From contig CAVYIM010000003.1 in the NCBI GenBank assembly GCA_963768655.1, positions 32,001 through 96,000 of the forward strand: DNA of 64,000 nt, read 5' to 3'. The translations under genes and the position numbers were made by a program. Under the pieces are notes generated by a model. The model did no database searches. It was not told the origin of the DNA and saw nothing but the letters and a program-made list of their open reading frames with translations. Positions 55,785 through 64,000 of this stretch are shown here, piece after piece (the first letter of the stretch is position 1; the number at the start of each line of letters is the position of its first letter). The stretch comes from an uncultured Chloroflexia bacterium. GTDB lineage: Bacteria; Chloroflexota; Limnocylindria; Limnocylindrales; CSP1-4.

Positions 55785-56965
55785 AGATCGGGCTCGTGAC
55801 TCCCTACGTCTACCCGATTCCCGGCGGAGTCAACGAGCACGTCCGCTTCCTGTACGAGAACCTCCGCCTGCGCGGCCACGACGTCCGAATCATCACCAGC
55901 AGCCACGGCCTGCAGCGCTCCTCCGAAGGCGACGTGATCCGCATCGGCAAGGGCTTCAGCATGCCGAGCAACGGCTCTGTGGGCACGATCACGGTTTCGC
56001 CGCGCTACGTCTCCCAGGTGAAGCGCGTGCTGGAGCAGGAGCGCTTCGACCTGCTTCATTTCCACGAGCCGTTCGTGCCGTTCCTCTCGCTGGTCGTGCT
56101 GCGCCAGTCGACCAGCGTCAACATAGCCACTTTCCACGCCTACGCCGGGTTCTCGCCGGCGATGGAGCTCGGCAGCAAGACGCTGAAAGGCTACGCCGCG
56201 CGGCTGCACGGCCGCATCGCGGTCAGCGCCGCGGCCCGCCACTTCGTGGATCGCTTCTTCCCGGGCGACTACAAGGTCATCCCCAACGGCGTGAACACGG
56301 GCCGCTTCCGGCGCGCTGTGCCGATCGCCCGCTGGCAGGACGGGACGCCGAACGTGCTCTTCGTCGGCCGCCTCGAGGACCGCAAGGGCCTGCCGCATCT
56401 GCTCAAGGCTTTCCGGCTGATCCGCAAGAGCGGCCTGGAGGCGCGCCTGCTCGTGGTCGGGTCGGGGCCGCAGGAGCGGGAGGCACGGCGTTACGTCATG
56501 ACTCGCGGCCTCCAGAACGTGGAATTCCTGGGGCGGGTGAGCGACGACGAGAAGGCGCAGCTGTTCAGGACGGCAGACGTGTTCGTCTCTCCGGCCACGG
56601 GCCGCGAGTCGTTCGGGATCGTTCTGCTCGAGGCCATGGCCGCCGGCGCCCCGATCGTCTGCAGCGACATCCACGGCTACAAGGGCGTGGTGCAGCGCGG
56701 CCGCCAGGCCATCCTGGTGCCGCCCCGCGACTCCAAGGCGCTGGCTGCGGGAATCACCGAGCTGCTCACGGATCGGGAGCTGCGAGCCCGCCTCGGCGCG
56801 AGCGGCCAGGCCCGGGCCGAGCAATTCAGCTGGGAGCGCGTCACGGCCAAGGTCGAGGAGTACTACGGTTTCGTCATCCGCCGGCTCGCCGCCCAGGACC
56901 AGCTGCCGGCCGGGTTCGCGGCCGAGATCCCGCTCCCACCCCGGCCGGGAGCTCCTGAGGACTGA
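55781..56965 (+). CDS. pimA: GT4 glycosyltransferase, PimA-like (phosphatidylinositol mannosyltransferase)
   Basis: MKIGLVTPY..PGGV..HV, PSNGSV, HFHEP..P.LS, ATFH, IAVS, IPNGV, GRL..RKGL and ESFGIVLLEAMAAG. Synteny with pgsA and patA-like genes supports the call. Confidence 0.82.
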   Translation: MKIGLVTPYVYPIPGGVNEHVRFLYENLRLRGHDVRIITSSHGLQRSSEGDVIRIGKGFSMPSNGSVGTITVSPRYVSQVKRVLEQERFDLLHFHEPFVPFLSLVVLRQSTSVNIATFHAYAGFSPAMELGSKTLKGYAARLHGRIAVSAAARHFVDRFFPGDYKVIPNGVNTGRFRRAVPIARWQDGTPNVLFVGRLEDRKGLPHLLKAFRLIRKSGLEARLLVVGSGPQEREARRYVMTRGLQNVEFLGRVSDDEKAQLFRTADVFVSPATGRESFGIVLLEAMAAGAPIVCSDIHGYKGVVQRGRQAILVPPRDSKALAAGITELLTDRELRARLGASGQARAEQFSWERVTAKVEEYYGFVIRRLAAQDQLPAGFAAEIPLPPRPGAPED

Positions 56966-56998
56966 GCCGGCCGGCCTCCCGAGTCGGCTCCGGCCTCC

Positions 56999-57021
56999 TG
57001 GGAGACTCCCATGAGTCCCCG
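56999..57021. terminator. Hairpin between convergent genes
   Basis: GGGAGACTC-CCAT-GAGTCCCC imperfect stem in the 62-bp gap between the pimA-like gene and the GT-C fusion. Confidence 0.35.
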
Positions 57022-57027
57022 GCCGCC

Positions 57028-60000
57028 TCAGGATGTAGGAGCCTCGTCTGGCGCGTCCGCGGGTTCGGCTGCCGCTCCGGCTGCCGCTCCGTCCGCCGGT
57101 TCGCCGGCGGAGTGGCCGGCGCCGCCATCCTCCGCGCCCGGACCGGCGAGCAGCCGCTGGTGGCGGCGGTAGCCGGCGACGACGCGCTGGCCCCAGGCCA
57201 CGTATCCGGCCATCAGCGCCACGCCCAGAGCCGCAACCGAGACTATGAGCGCGGCGCCGCCGATGAGCTGCACGGTCTGCGACGCCTGCAGGTTGTCGGC
57301 GAACTGGAAGCCGTAGAACCAGGTCGGCAGGATGGCGTCGTAGACGTTGAGCAGCAGGTTCGGCATGGGCAGGGCCGACAGGTCCGGATAGAGCAGGGCG
57401 AACGCCACCACGGCGAAGATGCAGATCCCCAGAACCAGCCGGCGCGAATCCCGGGCGGTGATGGCGAGAATGCCCAGGCACACGCCCAACACCGCCATGA
57501 CCAGCGCCAGCAGGTCGGGCGGCAGGGCGGCCTGGAAGATCACGTCGCGCGGACCGTTGGCGCCGAGCCAGAGGATCAAGGCTCCGGCCACGGCCACAGG
57601 GAAGACCAGCTGGATGATCCAGCTTCGATCTTCATCGTTCTGCTCGGGCGATCGGCGCTCGAGGCGGATCAGCGTCAGGGCGAGCACGGCCAGTGCGCCC
57701 AGGAGGACCAGCGCTATCAGGAAGATGCGCGCCTCGACCGTGAGCGTGCCCGTGACCGAACCGCAGGCCGTGTTCCCGAAGTAGTTCGTCACATCGACGC
57801 GGGCGAGGGTACAGAGCGGGTACTTCGCGATCCACAGGACAGCCGGAACCATCGCCGCCCCGACGGCGGCGGCGCGAGCCAGAAGCCACGTTCGCCGCGA
57901 CGGCCCATGCCACAGTTCGGCCAGGAAGTACGCCAGGCCTAACAGGAAGAACGGCAGGGCCGTGTAGAAGTGGTACTGGAACGCGGCCCGGTCGATGCGG
58001 GCCCACGACAGCCATTGCCAGAGGAACGCCATGGCTATGAGGGCCAGCCCCAGGCTGCGCCGTTTGAAGGCCTGCCAGCAGACGAAGGCCATGCCCGGGA
58101 TGGCCAGCCACCACAGCACCGGGTTGCCGCCGTCGTGGATCCACGAACCGATGTCCGGGCCGTAGCTGACACTCTCGAACCAGACCGGCTTCAGATCCAG
58201 TGGCCAGGCCCACCACGGCGAGCTGGCGGCATGCTGAGCGCGCAGATCGTTGTGGTACGCGTACATCTGCTCGGTCAGCTGCATCAGCGTCTGGCCGGTG
58301 TGGCCCGGCGGCCAGGCGTTCGTGCAGTAGGTGTTCGCATCGGTCGTCACCGTGTTCCAGCACATCAGGATGGGCAACGGGCCGCTATCCGCCGTCTCCT
58401 GATGCCACGGCACCGCCCACGGGATGTACAGGGCGACGTAAACGACCAGCGGCAGGATCAGCAGGCTGGCGACCATCCACGCCGCCGGCAGTCCGAAGCC
58501 TGAACCGAGGCGCAGCCAACCCTCCGGCGCCGGCGCGGGCGGTTCGGCGAAGGACGCGGGATCGTCCGGGCTGGGCGGGACGGCCAGCGGCCCGAAGCCC
58601 TTCTTGCCGACGAGCCAGAAGCCGAACGCGATGACGGGGGCGAGGACGAGGCCGCCCGCGATGCCGCGCGAGGCTACGTAGAACAGGATGCCCTGCAGGG
58701 GGACGAAGTCGAGGATGCCCACTATCAGCCAGCCGAGACCGGCCACGACGCCGATCCCGAGCGGAGCGACGACCGCGAACCAGAACTCCTGCTTGGTCCA
58801 GGCGATCGGGTGGTAGGCGTTCACGGCGGCCGCGACCGCGGTCGCCATGAGCATGATCAAGAAGAACGTGTAGTCCGGGCCGCCGTTCTGGTCGGGCGAG
58901 GGGTAGTACCTCATCGCCCAGTAGAAGATCGGCAGGCTGATCAGGGCCCCGACCGCCACGAAGAGCACCCTGTCGGGCGTCGTCCGGGCCCGCACCATGG
59001 CGTACCACACGCCGCCCACCAGGACCGCCAGGCCCAGGCCGAGAGTGAGCAGGAGAGCGGCGACGTTCCCGGTTCCGGGCAGGGTCTGCATCTCCGCGAT
59101 CGCGTTCCAGCCCAGGATTCCCGTCCCGGCGACCAGACCCATGATGGTCAGGAGCCGTCCCAGCGCCGATCGGATGAAGATCAGGATGCCGATGCTCGCG
59201 ATGGCGTACAGGGCCACCCACTTGGACGCCAGGGCCAGGCCCAGCACAAGCCCCACCAGTGGCATTCCGATCCAGAAGGTCAACCACGACCGGCGATCGT
59301 TCTTCGCGCCGAGCCAGATGTACGCGAATATGAGATAGGCCAGTAACAGGAAGCCGCCGACATACGTGTCGTTCATGGCGATGCGCGACTGGGCGAAGAA
59401 CATCCCGTCCACGCAGGAGAAGAGGGCCACGAGCACGCCGACCGAGCGGCGGCGGAAGAGGAGCCGCGCCAGCAGGTAGAGGCAGACCGCCATCAACGCC
59501 CCGAACAGGACCCCGACGATCCGCCAGGCGAAGGCGAACTGGCCGATGTCGACCTGGGCCATGTCGCCGTTGGACGCGACGGCAAGCAGATCCTGGCGGT
59601 CGGTGTTGGGCTGGTCCGGCGTCGAGTCCGCCCCGATCGCGACTGGATCGAACGGCAGCTTCGCGTCCGAGAACACGGCGTTGCCGTTGCTCTCGATCGC
59701 GTAGACCGTCCAGCCCGAGCCGTCGGGGGTCTGGCCGAGAGCCTGCGTGATCTGAGTCGCGCTGTCGAAGACGACCTTGGTGACCGGCCCGGGCATCACG
59801 CTGAGCTCCTGATCGGGGTCCGCTGAGATGGTCGCGTCGCCCGAGTCGTTCACGTCGATCAGCAGGATCGAGGAGCCCACCGCGACATACCACTCCTGTG
59901 TAGTGGCGTTCCGCATCGTGGAGTCGATCGCGATCGAGGTCGCCGGGTGGTCGCGGATGGCGATGCCGGGCAGCTGGCCGTCGGCGATGAATTGCTGCAG

Positions 60001-63000
60001 CGAGCTGATCTCGCCCGGCGTGAGGGTCCCGAGGTCGATCGGCTGTTCGACTGCGGAGCCGGCCGCCGCGTTCAGCTCCGTCTCGACCTGCGACGGATCC
60101 TCACCAACCGTGGAGGCGATCGTCTGGGCTTCCGCGGACACGTCCATGGACTGGCTGGCCGTCGGCGTCCGAACGACCGATGCCGTGTTGATCGTCGAGG
60201 TCACGGCGAGAGTCCGCACGTCCATGATGCCGACGCCGTCGCCGTACGCGACCACCACCTCCGGATCATCCGACCTGATGGCGATGCCCGGTAGCTGGCT
60301 GGCGTCGATGAGCGTCTGGAGGGCGCTGATCTGGTCGTCCGAGAGAATGCCCAGGTCGATGACGGTGTCCAGCCCGGAGTTCGCCGGCGAGCTCAACGCC
60401 GCCTCGACATCTTCCGCCGTCATGCCCACCGCCGAGGCGATGGCCTTGGCTTCCGCCGACAGGCTGGCCGCCGGGATCGAGGTCGGGGTCCGCACCACCG
60501 CGGTCGTGGTTGAGCTGAGCGGGGCGAAATCGGCGGCGCCATCCAGCGTTTCGCGGGCCAGGATCTTGCCCGTGCCATCGGTCGATACGATCGTTCCGGT
60601 GGCGTCGACGGCCAGGATCAGCGGCGGCGAGTCGGCGTAGATCTTGACGATCGGAAAGCCCGTCTGGGTCGAGAGCTCGGTCGGCGGTGTGGGCGCGCTC
60701 GCCGCGCCGAGGCGGACATCGTCGAGCTGGAACATGTCGATCCGCCAGATCCGGCCGTCCGATGTCCCGACGTACAGGTCGCCCGTGTCGGCGGCGATGG
60801 ACAACGCGGATGCTCCGGGGATCTGGTATGTCGCCTCGACCGCTCGCGTCTGGAGGTCGTAGGCGATCACCTCCGTGCCCGTGGCAACGTAGAGGCGATC
60901 GCCCAGGCGCGCGTCGGGGTTGGAGCGGGGGTCGGTCGGGGAGCCCGAGTCGTCAGGCAGGATCCTCGGCTCGACGACCGCGTCTTTCACCGGCACGTCG
61001 AGGTTGCTCGTGGCCGTGACCTTGTCGTCTGAGAAGAGGACCAGTCCGCCGGCGATGGCGTACTTGGCCAGCATCGGGTGAGTCCACTCGTAGATGTCGT
61101 GGCGGATGCCATACCGCCAGTCCTGCAGGAACTCAGTGGCGGTGCGGGCGTGGTAGACCTCGTCGAAGTACATCTGGTCCGGCTCGTCGAGGCGATAGAC
61201 ACGCATCGAGAGAATCACGATGACCAGGGCCACGACGACCCAGAGGTCGAGCTTGTCGAAGCGGCCCTTGGGCTCGGTCGCAAGAGAAGCCGAGCGATCC
61301 GGCATCGTCGACGAGCGGCTCAGCCATCGCCAGGCCGACATCACGAAGCCAGGCACGAATTCGGGCTCCTCGCCCGCTGGCTCGTCGTAGCCCTCGTAGT
61401 CGTCGTAGACGGCCATCTCGCCGCCGGAGGCCCCTTCGCCGGAGGGCGCGCCCGAAGCCGGCGTCCCGCCGCCCGCTGGGGCCTCGGCGGCCCATTTCAT
61501 TTCGGGCTCAGGGCGAGAGTCAGGCCGAGAGTCGGGCCGGAACTGGGCCCGGCGGGCCGCTCCTTCCGACGCCCACCCCGGCCCCGCGAGGGCCTGCGGC
61601 CCCATGAGCGGCCCTGGCCAAAGGCGCTGCGGCCCCGGCTCGCCGCCCGCCCTTGCCAATTCCCAGGCCAGCATCCGCACGGCCCGGGTGCGCATCTGCG
61701 TCAGGGCCCACAAGAGGGCGAGGCCGGTGACGACGCCCGAAAGAGCGATCGGCCAGATCAGGCCGGCCCACTCCGCGGACTTGAGGAAGTTGCCCCAGTC
61801 GCCGAGCAACCCCGAGATCGGGCCGGCCACCCCAGGAGCGCCCTGCACGCCGGGGATGCCCTGATACTCGACCAGGACGGCCAGCAGGTTGGCGGCGTTG
61901 ACCACCGCCAGCGCGGCATATGCGACGCTCCAGCGCCACGACACCGCCAGAAGGATCGCTCCAACCGCGAAGAACGGGAACAGGTAGCGCTCATGGGCTC
62001 GAGTCGGGACCACGAAGAAGGCAATGGCGAGGATCGCGAGCGCGACCGCGATCGAGAGGCGGTCGTCGCGCCAGGCCGCCCAGGCGCTCACCCCGACCAT
62101 GATGGCCACCAGGAAGCCGTCGCCGACGATCCAGGCGGGAAGACCGCCGATGGGCTGGCCGGCGAGGAGGAACAGGATCGCGACCACCGCGACCGTGCAA
62201 CCGATCGCCACCGCACGCAGCTCGGACGGCAGCGAGAATGGGGGCTTGCCGGGTGCCGACGCCGTCCAGGGCTCCGATTCGAGTGGAGCGGCTGCAGGCG
62301 CGGCGCCGGCGCCCCCCTCCGACGGCCCGGGAGCCTCTGCCCGATCCGTCGCCCCGGCGTGGGTCCAGGCGACGGCGGCGACGGCGACCAGCACGAGGAT
62401 AGCGACCGCCATCACGACAAGGACGCGGGCCGAGAACGGCCCGACGCTGAAGTACGGCTGGGCGGCGCCGTTGTCGTACACGAGGGCGTCGTGGATCCAG
62501 CCCAGGCTCTGGTCCATGGCGCCGCCGGTTCCGTAGCCCACCAGCGCCCAGGGGTTGTAGGCGTTGAGCGTCAGGTACGGGTACTCGCCGAAAGTGTCGA
62601 TGATGTGGTTGGCGATCGATCCGAAGGCCATCGCCGCGAAGCCCATGACGGTGGCCGCAGCGGCGGCGGCCGCGGCGAGTTCGCGGTTCGCGGCTGAGAC
62701 CAGCTCGGACCGCATGACCAGCAGATAGACGCCCAGGCCGGCGATCAGTCCCGCGGGTAACGTCAGAAGGCCTTGAGGCGTGGCCAGCCGCCCGGCAAGT
62801 CCGACGAAGTCGAGGCCCGTGAATGGCAGGCAGACCAGGGCGCCGGCGGCCAATCCCGACGCGATGGACGTCAGCACTCGCCCGGGATCGGGCCGGCCCT
62901 CGCGCGGCGCCAGCGAGCGCCGGAGGATGACGAAGCCGACGAGAACACCGAGGATGCCGAGCTGGATCTTCGTCAGCGCCGCAACCACGGCCAGGGCCGC

Positions 63001-63555
63001 GGCGAGCTCACGGCGATCCCGCAGGAGCTCGCGCAGGCCCAGGAGCATGAAGAGCGAGCCGACCACATCCGCCTGGCCCCAGATCGCGCTGTTGAACCAG
63101 GTGATGGGGTTGAACAGCACGATCGCGGCCGCGCAGACGGCCCGCCGTCGAGACGCACCCAGCTCCTGCGTCATGACGAAGACGACCCAGGCAAGAGCCA
63201 GGTCCGTGAAGATCGGGATCAGCTTGATCGATTGGTCATCGATGCCGCCGAACGGCGAGAAGATCAGGCCCTGGACCCACAGGAAGATCAGGTAGACGGG
63301 TGGGTAGTCCAGAAAGCCGGCTCTGTCGTAGAACCCGATGGGTCCCTGCGCTACGAGCTGGCTGCTCCAACCCCGAAACGAACCGAGGTCGGAAGGGAAA
63401 CCCGACCCCGGAACCAAAACGTATGCGATGATGAGTCGGAGGGCCAGACCCAGGAGGAGAAGGACGACGATGGCGAGAACAGAGGTATGGACACCACTCG
63501 TTCCCGCCGGCGCGTTCCCCCGCGGGCTGGCCTCTCGCGTGCTCGGGCCTGCCAA
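57028..63555 (-). CDS. 2,175-aa fusion of two GT-C glycosyltransferases (ALG6/GT87-like plus protein O-mannosyltransferase-like) with a large inserted extracytoplasmic domain
   Basis: The TTG start has an AGGAGG RBS. The N-terminal half has D..SF..W, DYPP, NSAIWGQAD, TKIQ, NAYNPW and HERY. The C-terminal half has YFDEVYH, EWTHP, WRI, QSRIAMND, ASKW, H...SPWWAWP, GNPVLWW and FQYHF. Confidence 0.88.
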   Translation of the reverse strand: MAGPSTREASPRGNAPAGTSGVHTSVLAIVVLLLLGLALRLIIAYVLVPGSGFPSDLGSFRGWSSQLVAQGPIGFYDRAGFLDYPPVYLIFLWVQGLIFSPFGGIDDQSIKLIPIFTDLALAWVVFVMTQELGASRRRAVCAAAIVLFNPITWFNSAIWGQADVVGSLFMLLGLRELLRDRRELAAALAVVAALTKIQLGILGVLVGFVILRRSLAPREGRPDPGRVLTSIASGLAAGALVCLPFTGLDFVGLAGRLATPQGLLTLPAGLIAGLGVYLLVMRSELVSAANRELAAAAAAAATVMGFAAMAFGSIANHIIDTFGEYPYLTLNAYNPWALVGYGTGGAMDQSLGWIHDALVYDNGAAQPYFSVGPFSARVLVVMAVAILVLVAVAAVAWTHAGATDRAEAPGPSEGGAGAAPAAAPLESEPWTASAPGKPPFSLPSELRAVAIGCTVAVVAILFLLAGQPIGGLPAWIVGDGFLVAIMVGVSAWAAWRDDRLSIAVALAILAIAFFVVPTRAHERYLFPFFAVGAILLAVSWRWSVAYAALAVVNAANLLAVLVEYQGIPGVQGAPGVAGPISGLLGDWGNFLKSAEWAGLIWPIALSGVVTGLALLWALTQMRTRAVRMLAWELARAGGEPGPQRLWPGPLMGPQALAGPGWASEGAARRAQFRPDSRPDSRPEPEMKWAAEAPAGGGTPASGAPSGEGASGGEMAVYDDYEGYDEPAGEEPEFVPGFVMSAWRWLSRSSTMPDRSASLATEPKGRFDKLDLWVVVALVIVILSMRVYRLDEPDQMYFDEVYHARTATEFLQDWRYGIRHDIYEWTHPMLAKYAIAGGLVLFSDDKVTATSNLDVPVKDAVVEPRILPDDSGSPTDPRSNPDARLGDRLYVATGTEVIAYDLQTRAVEATYQIPGASALSIAADTGDLYVGTSDGRIWRIDMFQLDDVRLGAASAPTPPTELSTQTGFPIVKIYADSPPLILAVDATGTIVSTDGTGKILARETLDGAADFAPLSSTTTAVVRTPTSIPAASLSAEAKAIASAVGMTAEDVEAALSSPANSGLDTVIDLGILSDDQISALQTLIDASQLPGIAIRSDDPEVVVAYGDGVGIMDVRTLAVTSTINTASVVRTPTASQSMDVSAEAQTIASTVGEDPSQVETELNAAAGSAVEQPIDLGTLTPGEISSLQQFIADGQLPGIAIRDHPATSIAIDSTMRNATTQEWYVAVGSSILLIDVNDSGDATISADPDQELSVMPGPVTKVVFDSATQITQALGQTPDGSGWTVYAIESNGNAVFSDAKLPFDPVAIGADSTPDQPNTDRQDLLAVASNGDMAQVDIGQFAFAWRIVGVLFGALMAVCLYLLARLLFRRRSVGVLVALFSCVDGMFFAQSRIAMNDTYVGGFLLLAYLIFAYIWLGAKNDRRSWLTFWIGMPLVGLVLGLALASKWVALYAIASIGILIFIRSALGRLLTIMGLVAGTGILGWNAIAEMQTLPGTGNVAALLLTLGLGLAVLVGGVWYAMVRARTTPDRVLFVAVGALISLPIFYWAMRYYPSPDQNGGPDYTFFLIMLMATAVAAAVNAYHPIAWTKQEFWFAVVAPLGIGVVAGLGWLIVGILDFVPLQGILFYVASRGIAGGLVLAPVIAFGFWLVGKKGFGPLAVPPSPDDPASFAEPPAPAPEGWLRLGSGFGLPAAWMVASLLILPLVVYVALYIPWAVPWHQETADSGPLPILMCWNTVTTDANTYCTNAWPPGHTGQTLMQLTEQMYAYHNDLRAQHAASSPWWAWPLDLKPVWFESVSYGPDIGSWIHDGGNPVLWWLAIPGMAFVCWQAFKRRSLGLALIAMAFLWQWLSWARIDRAAFQYHFYTALPFFLLGLAYFLAELWHGPSRRTWLLARAAAVGAAMVPAVLWIAKYPLCTLARVDVTNYFGNTACGSVTGTLTVEARIFLIALVLLGALAVLALTLIRLERRSPEQNDEDRSWIIQLVFPVAVAGALILWLGANGPRDVIFQAALPPDLLALVMAVLGVCLGILAITARDSRRLVLGICIFAVVAFALLYPDLSALPMPNLLLNVYDAILPTWFYGFQFADNLQASQTVQLIGGAALIVSVAALGVALMAGYVAWGQRVVAGYRRHQRLLAGPGAEDGGAGHSAGEPADGAAAGAAAEPADAPDEAPTS

Positions 63556-63695
63556 CCGAAACGGCCTCCTGGACGAGCGCTGAGGTGGAGGGGAGTATAA
63601 CCCAGGCCACGCCTGGGGACGGCGGATCGGCCACTCCCGCCGCCGAGCCGGCGGGCGGAGCGCCCGGCGGCGCCTCCGACGCCCGGGACGAGAAG

Positions 63696-64000
63696 GTGCG
63701 CCCTGCGCCCTTCCTCTGGGGCATCGCCCTCGTCGTCCTGTGCCTGATCGTGTTCGTCTTCACGAACCCGAACCGCGAGAACCCGTACATCCACTTCGTC
63801 TGGCAGGCTCAGGCCTGGCTCGACGGGCAGACCTCGATCGCGACCCACGTTCAGCCGTCGGCGACCTCGCCGGGCAATTCCTGGTATCAGGACTTCCAGC
63901 CGATCCTCGACGCCAGCGGCAACGACACCAACCGCGGCAACCTTCCATTCCCGCCGCTCCCGGCACTGGTCCTGCTGCCGTTCGTCGCCGTGTGGCACCT
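63696..64000 (+). CDS. Probable GT-C-type membrane glycosyltransferase (3'-truncated by window edge)
   Basis: Open frame not listed in the ORF track: VRPAPFLWGIALVVLCLIVFVFTNP...HFVWQAQAWLDG...PFPPLPALVLLPFVAVW. It has a TM helix, a loop and a PP motif like GT87. The start could also be the GTG at 63585. Confidence 0.6.
   Translation, partial: MRPAPFLWGIALVVLCLIVFVFTNPNRENPYIHFVWQAQAWLDGQTSIATHVQPSATSPGNSWYQDFQPILDASGNDTNRGNLPFPPLPALVLLPFVAVWH

Overview
This is a very GC-rich (about 70% by eye) bacterial chromosomal window. The gene content (MurT/GatD, sortase fold, ECF transporter, Tat lipoproteins, many Kelch-repeat proteins, a pgsA-patA-pimA-like operon) points to a monoderm. Chloroflexota (Limnocylindria-like) or an Actinomycetota relative is plausible, but the taxonomy is inferred, not shown. 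I recognised no rRNA, tRNA, CRISPR array, transposase or integrase. Main blocks: (1) surface or secreted proteins with Ser/Thr/Pro linkers (four Kelch beta-propeller proteins, a PTPK-repeat membrane protein, a glycoside-hydrolase-like secreted protein); (2) murT-gatD; (3) an ECF sigma with a frameshifted Asp-box partner, a truncated second sigma copy with the same promoter, and a YxlEFG-like ABC exporter; (4) a galactoside cassette (DeoR, ABC with a Tat-signal binding lipoprotein, GH36, GH2) bracketed by 1,092-bp near-identical direct repeats that each carry tatC, next to an interleaved galT-tatA-galK-tatC run; (5) an orphan tailspike-like beta-helix gene; (6) nucleoside hydrolase with an ECF transporter, ackA, an MBL hydrolase, a Cys-to-Ser sortase variant and an MFS pump; (7) an ArsR-pgsA-acyltransferase x2-PHP-pimA-like operon converging on a 2,175-aa double GT-C fusion, plus a further GT-C-like gene at the window edge. 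Block 7 is the best candidate for an undescribed envelope glycosylation system. All family assignments come from motif recognition by eye, not from database searches.
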